DNA of 64,000 bases from the NCBI GenBank assembly GCA_000004695.1, contig CM000155.2, forward strand, positions 2,048,001 to 2,112,000, written 5' to 3'. A model generated the notes under the pieces. The model saw only the letters and a program-made list of their open reading frames with translations. It was not told where the DNA came from and ran no database searches. The stretch's first letter is position 1. Each line of letters begins with the position of its first letter. This DNA comes from Dictyostelium discoideum (lineage: Eukaryota). Positions 26,023 through 35,171 of this stretch are shown here, one piece after another. Both the position numbers and the translations under genes were made by a program.

Positions 26023-26700
26023 GTGTCCTATCTGTTTTTTAAATATATATAAAATGTTTATGAAGAAGAAAAAAAAATTAAAAAAAAATTTTTTTCTTTT
26101 TATTTTTTTTTAATTTTTTATTCTTTTTATTTTTTTTTTTTCAATTGAATTTCCCAAAAAAAAACAAATATAGAAAAAAAATAAAAAAATAAAAAAAATT
26201 GATTTTGGTTGAATTCTTTTTATTTTATATTTTTATTTTTTTTTTTATTTGAATGTTCTTATCTAGATTATTTTTAAAAAAAAATAGAATCAATTTCAGG
26301 AAATTAAAAAAAAAAAATAAAAAGTTTTAAAACCACACTTTATAAATTTAAATATCTGGGTAATATAATCTGGGAAAAAAAAAATTAAAAAAAAAAAAAA
26401 AAAATTAAAATAAAAAAAAAAATAAAAAAAAAAAAATAAAAAAAATTTTAATTCGAGAAAAAAAAAAGGTTATCGACATTAAATTACCCATTTGTTTTTT
26501 TTTTTTTTTTTTTTAAATACACATATTGTAACATAGTTTAACACCATTTCATAGTGTGGGGGTGTTTTAATTTTAATTTATTATTATAATTTCTTTTATT
26601 ATCTAAGATAATAATATATTTATATATAAAAAAAAAAAAAAGTATTCTCAAAAAAACACTTTTTTTCATTATTTTTTTTTTTTTTTACCAGGTTTTTCAA

Positions 26701-26741
<41 letters not shown>

Positions 26742-27199
26742 ATGATGAAACATAAAGGAAAAGATGTTTTAAAAGTTAAAGTTGAAATATTAGTTAAAAA
26801 AGTAGGCAATTTAAAAGAATTAAATGGTGGATCAGTTTTTGTTTATTGGAGAAGAGGTACATCTAAACAATCAGGTGAAACACATCATATGATAGTTAGA
26901 AATGGTGAAGCCATTTTTGAAGAGAAAATTTCATTTGAGAGTAAATTCTTTATAGATGCTAAATCTCAAAAACCTGATGAAAAGAAATTATCACTTCAAT
27001 TAAAAGAAGAGAAAAAGAAATCACAAGGTAAAGTTTTAGGTAAAATAGAATTGGATTTAACATCATACATGAATTCAAAACATAATCAACCAATAACTTT
27101 ATCATTTACAAAAGGTTTAAAACCTGAACCACAAATATTTGTATGTATTAAATTCTTATATATATAAATATATATATAATATAATTTATGTATATTAAT

Positions 27200-27230
<31 letters not shown>

Positions 27231-29686
27231 CTTCATTATAATAATAATAATAATAATAATAATAAAAGTGTTCATTTAATACTATACCATTAAAACATAA
27301 TAATAAACCATTAATTAAAGTAGGTGGTAAAGATGCATCAAAAGATCCAAGAATAGTTAGAACATTTGGTGGTGAAGATTACTTTTTAGATAAAACTGAT
27401 GATGAATTATCAGATACAACTGTTGATACTTCTATGGCAAATGATATTGTAAGTTTTCTTTTTTCTTTTTTTATTTTTTATTATATATTAATATTTTATT
27501 TATTTATTTATTTATTTTTATTTATTTTAGACATCAAATGATTACTCAGATGAAGATATAAATGATGATTTAGGAGAAAGTAAAAAAGATTTAAAGAATG
27601 AAATTGATAGATTATATAAAGAGATTGAAGGTATAGAGAGTGAAAGCTATGAAAGATTACAAACTATCAAAGAGAAAGAAAAAGATATAGAATCATTAAA
27701 AAAACAAATTAAAATTTTATCTGAAGATAATCTTGAAAAAGATATAAAAATTGAAAATCTTTTATTAGAAAAAGATAATTTAATTGAACAACAAGTTAAT
27801 GAAGTTGCAAGATGTTAGTAAAATAAATTATAAATTATAAATAATAATAATAAATAATAATATATAATAATAATTATTATTAATATATATATATATTTTT
27901 TTTAATAGATTCTTCTGATCCAACATCAGAAGTTGAAATATTAAGACAAGAAAAGATGGAAAAGATAGCGATAATTACAGCACAGGAGAAAGAGATATCA
28001 AAATTAAAGAAGCAAATTAAACAAACTGCATTATCTAATACAGAATTTTCAAGTACGTCAGGTGCAGATTTAAGAACTAAATATCAAGCATTGCAACAAG
28101 AGAATGAGCAACAAGAAAAGTTGATATCACAATTGGAAAAGGAGAAACAGGATTTAATAGAAAAACAACAACAGCAACAGCAACAACAACAGCAGTTATA
28201 TTCATCAGCATCATCTTTATCGAATATTGGTGGAAATGCAGGATCGTTAAATAACGGTAAAAAGATACAAAGTCCAGAGATTGTGCAAACTAAATCGAAT
28301 AATACATCAGGATCAATTGAAGAATTGAGAAAACAATCAGCAGCTTATAAACAAGAGTTGGATGAAAAGGCATTAGTTGAAAGAAGTATATTTTTAGGTG
28401 AAGTGCAATTCAGAGGGAATTTACCAGTTAGTGGTATTAATTTATTCGATGGTTTGATCGCATTGGGTGTATTGAAAGATTATAAAATTGGTGTCAGAGT
28501 TTTCTCAAGTATTAATATCGCATTTGAACATACTTTTAAAAAGTCATCATCAGATTCTTCATTATTGGCTTACTGGTTATCAACTTCATGTTTATTATTA
28601 GCAAAAATTAAAAATAAAATGGAATTAGATCAACCACTTGCCAATGGTGGTGGTGGTGGTGGTGGTGGTAATTCCAGTCCACAATATGACCAAAATGGTC
28701 AATTATCACCAATTTCAAGTTTTGAATATAATTTAAAAACAATTATCTTTAAATTTTATTCAAAATTAGTTCAAAATGCTTATAATAAATTATCACCAGT
28801 TTTGGTTAAAAGTATTTTACAACATGATATTCTAGCATTTAATAGTGGTAAAATTTCAAGGAGAAAATCAACACCTGATATTAATTTAAACAATATTAAT
28901 TCAAATAATAATAGTAATGATGGTGCTGGTGGTATTGGTGTTGGTGGTGTTATTACAACATCTGGTAGTATACCATCTTCACCTCAACTTCATTCTCATA
29001 ATAATAATAGTAATAATAATAATAATAATAAAAATAATAATAATAATAATTTTAATAGTAATTTAACAAGTAATACAACATTAGATATTTTACAAGAATT
29101 CTTTGAAATATTAAGACAAAATTATGTTCATCCAAGTTTAATTGGTCAATTTTATTCACAATTATTTTATTATATAAATGCATGGTTATTAAATTCATTG
29201 AATAATATTAGAGGATTGTGTTCGGTGGTTAATGGTTTCCAAATGAAGATTGAGTTATCAAAGATTCAAGATTGGGTTTCAATTAGTCATTTAGATGAAT
29301 CAATTAATCAATTGGAACCAATGATTGAAACTGCTAATCTATTGGTAATGGATAAAGAGTTGTTATCGGATGAGGAAGTACTTCACCAAGTTTGTCCATC
29401 AGTTTCAATGTATCAAATTAAACATTTACTACAATCTTTTCAAACTGATCAAATCAATAGTGAAGAAATACCTGATTCTGTTTTTCATTCAATTGATAGA
29501 CTAATTCATATTAGAAATGAACCATTACATGCTGATATCAATTTAGATATCTCTTTTATGCATCAATTATCTTTAGATTTCTTAACAAAAGATCCCCAAT
29601 ATGGTAGAGAAAGAAAAGATAATACAACTACTACTTTTAATATAAATTCTTATAATACTGGTAGTAGTACTTTTAAAAGATTTTAA
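26742..29686 (+). CDS. NT-C2 domain + coiled-coil + DIL (dilute) domain protein; approx join(26742..27144,27324..27448,27531..27813,27909..29686).
   Basis: The N-terminal ~130 aa (KVKVEILVKKVGNLKELNGGSVFVYWRRG...HMIVRNGEAIFEEKISFESKFF...GKIELDLTSYMN) resemble the EEIG1/EHBP1-type N-terminal C2. Exons 2-3 are acidic/coiled-coil (GTAAGT and GTTAGT donors, TTTTAG/AATAG acceptors, all in frame). The last exon has a coiled coil, then a DIL-like region (LFDGLIALGVLKDYK..., YWLSTSCLLL..., FYSQLFYYINAWLLNSLNN...). The exon1/2 junction is ambiguous: the GTATGT donor at 27141 is out of phase and the GT at 27145 fits. Confidence 0.6.
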
Positions 29687-30009
29687 AATATAATAAAAAA
29701 AAAATAAAATAAAAATAAAAAAAAAAAAGAGATTTTTAAAAAAAAAAAACGTTGAAAATACTTTTTTGAATTTTTTTTTTTTTTTTCTATTTTTTTTCTA
29801 AACACAAAGATATTTAAATTTATTCTCTGAATTTTTTTCATTTTTTTTTTTTTTTTTTTTTTTTTTATTAAAAAAAAACTTTTTTTTTTTTTTATTTTTA
29901 TTATTAATTAAAACTCTTTATATTTTTAAAAAAACATAATATATTATTTATTTATTTATTTTTTTATTTTTTTATAAATATATTATATATATATATATAT
30001 AAATTTAAA

Positions 30010-32742
30010 ATGATAAAAAATTTAATTTCAGCATTTTCACAAGGTGTTGGAATTCAAAAAAAGGAATTACCATCAACAATAATTTTAAATAAAGATGATT
30101 ATAAAGAAGCCAATTATTATAATTATTATAGAAATTTAGAATTAAATAAACCAGATGAAGTATTAGCAAGAAGAATTGCAGGTTTAGCACCAATTGCATA
30201 TCAATATTATAATGTTTCAAGTTTTGATAATAATCAATTTAAAATTGTAGATTTTTCAATTGATTCAAAATTGAATGATACATGTTTAACATGTGTTTGG
30301 ACACAAACCTATAAGAATGAATCAAAAACACCGGTTGAAGCAGTTTATAGAATTCCATTATCACCATTATCAACGGTATCAGCATTTTCAGTACAATTCA
30401 ATGGTAAAACATTACATGGTAAAATAAAAGATTCAACCAAGGCACAAGAGAAATACGATGATGCAATTGCAAGTGGTGGTCAAGCATTCCTTGCAGAGAA
30501 ATCAAAAGATGATGATAACTATTTCAATTTTAAATTAGGTAATATACCACCAACTGAATCATCAATTACAATTCATATCACTATGATCTCTGAAATTGGT
30601 AGTCATTTAAATTCATTACATTATCTATTACATCGTTACTGTTTTCCACAATCGTCAAATTATAATTTTTCATTATCATTATCAGTGAATTTAAGTAATT
30701 CAATTAAATCAATTTTTTTTGATGGTGATAAATCACATTCACTTCAATATGAAAATAAAGAGAAAACAAAATGTATAATTCAATATAAAAAATCACTTGG
30801 TTTTAATACTCAACCAAATATTCTAATTGTATTTGAATTGGATGATTTAAATAAACCACAATCATTTATTGAAAAATTATCAATTAATAAAGAAGATATT
30901 AAAAACAATCCACATTCAGATTCAGATTCAGATTCAGATGATGAAGAAAATAAAAAAGAAAATGAAAAATCATCATATGCAATTGCATTAAATTTTTTCC
31001 CAAAATTTGAATCAATTAATAAAGAAGATATTTATCAAAAAGGTGAATTTATATTTTTAATTGATTGTTCTGGTAGTATGAGTGGTAATCCAATTGATTC
31101 AGCAAGAAGAGCATTGGAAATTATTATTAGAAGTTTAAATGAACAATGTAAATTTAATATTTATTGTTTTGGTTCAGGTTTTAATAAAGCTTTTCAAGAG
31201 GGATCTAGAAAGTATGATGATGATTCTTTGGCCGTGGTTAATAGATATGTTTCAAATATTAGTGCAAATTTAGGTGGAACTGAATTATTACAACCAATTA
31301 AAGATATCTTATCAAAAGAGATTGATCCAGAATATCCAAGACAAATTTTCATTCTTACTGATGGTGCTGTCTCTGATAGATCAAAATTAATTGAATTTGT
31401 TTCAAAAGAATCAAAAACAACTCGTATCTTTACCTATGGTATTGGTAGTAGTGTAGATGTTGAATTGGTAGTTGGTTTAAGTAAAGCTTGTAAAGGTTAT
31501 TATACACTAATTAGAAATAGTTCAGATATGGAAACTGAAGTAATGAAATTATTATCTATCGCTTTTGAACCAACACTTTCAAATGTATCTTTTGATTGGA
31601 GTCAATTATTAGATCTAAGCAATGGTAAAAGTACAACTATAATTCAATCACCTACTCAAATTAGACCAATTTTTAATAATGAAAGAATGATGGTTTATGC
31701 TACTATTGAACTCGATAATGATATTTCTAATAACATTGAAAATCATGGTCAACCAGTAATTGTAACAATGAATGCTGATGGTCCATTAGGTGATAGATTA
31801 TCTTATCATGTCGAATTGGATTTTAAAAATTATTCACAATCTAATAGTATTCATACATTGGCTGCTTTTAAAAGAATTCAAGATTTAGAAGAAATTGAAA
31901 GAAAATCTTCAAAAGAAACTGAAAAACTTGAAATCATCAAATTGGGTAAGAAATATAATTTGGTTTCAAAACATACATCTTTAGTTGTAACTTCAGATTC
32001 TGATTCACCAACTGAAGATACAATGAAAGTTATAAATATTCTTCCAAATAATTCTCAACATCCAATTATTGTTGACAGATGTCATACTTTTGCTGTTAAT
32101 TTTAATTCACCACTTCAGTACCAACAACAACAACAACAACAACAACAAAATTTCAATAGTGGATTTGCACCACCACCACCACCAATGATGTCATCAGGAC
32201 CACCACCACCCCCAGGTTCATCTTTTGGTGCACCTCCACCTCCACCCCCAGGTGGAGCTTTCCCAACATCATCAATATCAGAAAAAAAATCATCATCACA
32301 ATCATCATCATCATATTTACCACCAACAATGTCATTGTCAAGAAAATCATCATTGTCACCATCATCACCATCAAAAAATTATCCAAGCCCTAAACTCTCA
32401 AGTCCTTCTTTATCGTATGGTTCAACTCAATCAGAAAGCACTCCATCAAATGATCCATTAATTTCTTTATTAGCTAAACAAAAAGCAAATGGTTCTTGGA
32501 GTAAATCATCTATTCAAGATCAATTCTCTTCTGCTATTAGTAAAATACCAAATGAACTTTCTGCTGTTGAAGACGTTTGGGCAACTTTATTAGTTATCTC
32601 AAAAATTATGAAAACATTTGCTTCTCAAAAATCAAAATGGGAACTTAGTGTTCAAAAATCAAATAAATGGGTTAAACAACAATTATTAAAATTAAATCTT
32701 TCTTTTGATCAATTTTTAGAACTTGCAAAATCAAATGTATAA
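30010..32742 (+). CDS. VIT + von Willebrand factor A (vWA) domain protein with C-terminal polyproline tract (VWA5A / inter-alpha-trypsin-inhibitor-like), 910 aa
   Basis: The N-terminal VIT-like region (30100-30600) is followed by a vWA MIDAS motif FIFLIDCSGSMSG (DxSxS) ...GGTEL... IFILTDGAVSD. The segment APPPPPMMSSGPPPPPGSSFGAPPPPPPGG lies at 32160-32260. The C-terminal region is Ser-rich. Confidence 0.75.
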   Translation: MIKNLISAFSQGVGIQKKELPSTIILNKDDYKEANYYNYYRNLELNKPDEVLARRIAGLAPIAYQYYNVSSFDNNQFKIVDFSIDSKLNDTCLTCVWTQTYKNESKTPVEAVYRIPLSPLSTVSAFSVQFNGKTLHGKIKDSTKAQEKYDDAIASGGQAFLAEKSKDDDNYFNFKLGNIPPTESSITIHITMISEIGSHLNSLHYLLHRYCFPQSSNYNFSLSLSVNLSNSIKSIFFDGDKSHSLQYENKEKTKCIIQYKKSLGFNTQPNILIVFELDDLNKPQSFIEKLSINKEDIKNNPHSDSDSDSDDEENKKENEKSSYAIALNFFPKFESINKEDIYQKGEFIFLIDCSGSMSGNPIDSARRALEIIIRSLNEQCKFNIYCFGSGFNKAFQEGSRKYDDDSLAVVNRYVSNISANLGGTELLQPIKDILSKEIDPEYPRQIFILTDGAVSDRSKLIEFVSKESKTTRIFTYGIGSSVDVELVVGLSKACKGYYTLIRNSSDMETEVMKLLSIAFEPTLSNVSFDWSQLLDLSNGKSTTIIQSPTQIRPIFNNERMMVYATIELDNDISNNIENHGQPVIVTMNADGPLGDRLSYHVELDFKNYSQSNSIHTLAAFKRIQDLEEIERKSSKETEKLEIIKLGKKYNLVSKHTSLVVTSDSDSPTEDTMKVINILPNNSQHPIIVDRCHTFAVNFNSPLQYQQQQQQQQQNFNSGFAPPPPPMMSSGPPPPPGSSFGAPPPPPPGGAFPTSSISEKKSSSQSSSSYLPPTMSLSRKSSLSPSSPSKNYPSPKLSSPSLSYGSTQSESTPSNDPLISLLAKQKANGSWSKSSIQDQFSSAISKIPNELSAVEDVWATLLVISKIMKTFASQKSKWELSVQKSNKWVKQQLLKLNLSFDQFLELAKSNV

Positions 32743-33071
32743 AATAAAATTTAAAAAATTAATTAAAATAATAAAATAATAAATATATTTAAAACAATTC
32801 AATTGATTGTAACATAAAATATCTTATTTTATTTAAAATTTTTAAAATTTATTGATGAGTCAATATTTAAAAAATAATTTTTAAGATTTGCATTTAGATA
32901 TTTTTTAATTTTTAATATCTTGATTTTTTTTTTTTTCTTTTTTTTATTTCTCGAAGCCCCATTTTATTTTTAATATATATTTTTTTTATTTAGAATATGA
33001 TTTGAGAATATGGTTTGAGAATAAGAAATATTATTTATCTTTTTCTAATTATTATTAAAATTTTTTTTATA

Positions 33072-33106
<35 letters not shown>

Positions 33107-33219
33107 ATAAAAAGAAAATTTTTTTTCTATTTTTAATTATAAAATAAATATTAATAAAAATTTAAAAACATAAAATTTATAAAATATTTTAAATAAAAAA
33201 AAAAATCAATAAAAGAAAA

Positions 33220-34119
33220 ATGTCAATTTTAATTACTGGTAGTACTGGCAAATTTGGAAAAAATTCAATCGAATTTTTATTATCAAAAGGTGTTGACCCA
33301 AAATCAATAATTGCATTGGTTCGTGAAGAATCAAAAGGTAAACAATTCCAAGAAAAAGGTTTAAATGTTAGAATTGGTGATTATACAAATGAAGAATCTT
33401 TAGTAAAGGCTTTCCAAGGTATTGAAAAATTATTATTCATTTCATCAAGTGATATTGAAAATAGAATTGATCATCATAATAATGTAATTAAAGCAGCTAA
33501 ACAAGTTGGTACAATTAAACACTTGGTTTATACAAGTTTCTTTAGAAAAGAAGAGGTTGAAAAAAGTGGTAATTCTTCAATTGGTTTTGTTGGTAAACCA
33601 CATATTATTGCTGAAGATTTGATTGAAAAATCTGGAATAAATTATACAATTCTTCAAAATATTCTTTATACCGATTTCTTAACAGAATTCTTTTTTGGTG
33701 AAAAGGTATTAGAGAATGGTATTTTTTTCCCAGCAGGTAATGGTATTGGTAACTATGCCATTAGAAAAGATATGGCTGAAGCTGCAGTAAATATATTATT
33801 GGATGAAAATCAACAAAAACATCTAAATAAAAAGTATATCATTTCTAATGAAGAAAGTTCATCATTTGAAGATGCTGCTAAAATTCTCTCTGAAATCAGT
33901 GGTAAAACTCTTTCATATACAAGTCCAGATGTTGCAACATTTGAAAACACTTTAACTGGTTTTGGTGTCCCTCCAGTTTACATTCAACTATCAGTTGCTT
34001 TTGGTTTGGCCATTCAAAATAATGAGTTTAATACCCTTAAAACTGATCTTTCAACATTGTTAAATAGAAAACCAACTACTTTAAAACAATTTTTATTTGA
34101 AACTTATAAAAAACAATAA
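33220..34119 (+). CDS. NmrA-like NAD(P)-binding atypical short-chain reductase (299 aa)
   Basis: The N-terminal Rossmann motif is ILITGSTGKFGKNSIEFLL (GxxGxxG), with overall NmrA/quinone-oxidoreductase-2-like architecture (..VRIGDYTNEESLVKAFQGIEKLLFISS...). Confidence 0.7.
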   Translation: MSILITGSTGKFGKNSIEFLLSKGVDPKSIIALVREESKGKQFQEKGLNVRIGDYTNEESLVKAFQGIEKLLFISSSDIENRIDHHNNVIKAAKQVGTIKHLVYTSFFRKEEVEKSGNSSIGFVGKPHIIAEDLIEKSGINYTILQNILYTDFLTEFFFGEKVLENGIFFPAGNGIGNYAIRKDMAEAAVNILLDENQQKHLNKKYIISNEESSSFEDAAKILSEISGKTLSYTSPDVATFENTLTGFGVPPVYIQLSVAFGLAIQNNEFNTLKTDLSTLLNRKPTTLKQFLFETYKKQ

Positions 34120-34149
34120 ATCCCATTGATTATAAAACAAATTAATTTG

Positions 34150-34305
34150 TTTTGTGTTTTGTCCACAATTTCGCTTCTTTTTTGTAGGCATTTGTATTAC
34201 TAAATATTTATGGTGTTGTTTGTAATTTTCATCTTATTTCTTTTTATTTTTTTTATTTACTTTGAAAAGTTAAAAATCTGGAAATTTTCTGATTAACTTG
34301 ATTCC

Positions 34306-34336
<31 letters not shown>

Positions 34337-34482
34337 AGTGTTAGTCAGAGAGTAATGAGTGAGTTGTTTTATTTTATGAGATGTTTGGGTAGTGGTATTG
34401 AGTATAGTGGTGAGTTCTATTGTCTTCTGAATTGCAATAGTTATAGCGAGATTAATGAGTCTAGTTTGTTTTGTTTTTCATG
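34150..34482 (-). mobile_element. Truncated TRE5-A/DRE-like non-LTR retrotransposon fragment (ORF2 3' end + oligo(A) + part of B-module); its tRNA-proximal end lies 48 bp upstream of tRNA-Leu.
   Basis: 34340-34482 is a close copy of 35172-35310 (the 3' end of ORF2 of the full element). 34311-34338 is poly(T), which is poly(A) on the element strand. 34160-34310 matches 39875-40020 / 34960-35100 (B-module-like). The right boundary at 34482 is 48 bp from the tRNA-Leu 5' end at 34530, which is the typical TRE5 target distance. Confidence 0.65.
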
Positions 34483-34529
34483 AAAAAAACACTACGTATT
34501 ATGTTGTAATAATAATAATTTTCAAACAA

Positions 34530-34611
34530 GTAAGCTTGCCCGAGCTGGTTTAAGGGGTTGCATTAAGGCTGCAATATCATTGATACAAGGGTTCGAATCC
34601 CTTAGCTTACA
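34530..34611 (+). tRNA. tRNA-Leu (anticodon AAG), class II with long variable arm
   Basis: The acceptor stem GTAAGCT/AGCTTAC is 7 bp. The D-arm is GCCCGAGCTGGTTTAAGGGGT. The anticodon stem TTGCA/TGCAA carries loop TTAAGGC (U33, anticodon AAG). The variable arm is ATCATTGAT. The T-arm GGGTTCGAATCCC (B box) is followed by discriminator A. Confidence 0.8.
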
Positions 34612-34642
34612 ATAATTTTAAAAATTATTTTTCAGGATTATA

Positions 34643-34675
<33 letters not shown>

Positions 34676-35103
34676 TGAATTGGATAACGCAATTATTATT
34701 TGCTTCTCCTTGAGATGCTAGATCTCATTTTATTTTATTTTTTTTTTTTTTTTTTACAGGGTCTCTAAAAGAGGGGTTACCTTCCTTTTTTTTTTTTTTT
34801 TTTTTTTGGGTTCGAATTTTGAATTGTATTATTACTTTGGATTAAAACCTTTTTTTTGCCCAAACTTTTTTCTAAATTTTTTTTTATTTTATCGCCGGGT
34901 TCGGGATTGAGGTTTATGACGTATTTGAATGGTTTTTTTTTTAATGGGGTTTTATCCACAATTTGGCTTTTTTTTTGTAGGCCATTGGGGTGGCTAAAAA
35001 TTGGGGGGGTGGTTGGGGAATTTCCATTTAATTTCCTTCCAATTTTTAAAATTTTCCTTAAAAAGGTTAAAAATCGGGAAATTTTTGGATTAACTGGGGT
35101 TCC

Positions 35104-35171
<68 letters not shown>

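Noticed and set aside
34808-34818. GGGTTCGAAT B-box-like motif at 34808, considered as a third tRNA gene or remnant
   Set aside because: No acceptor or anticodon arms are foldable around it, and it lies within the retroelement C-module-like region. It is probably a chance motif or part of the element.
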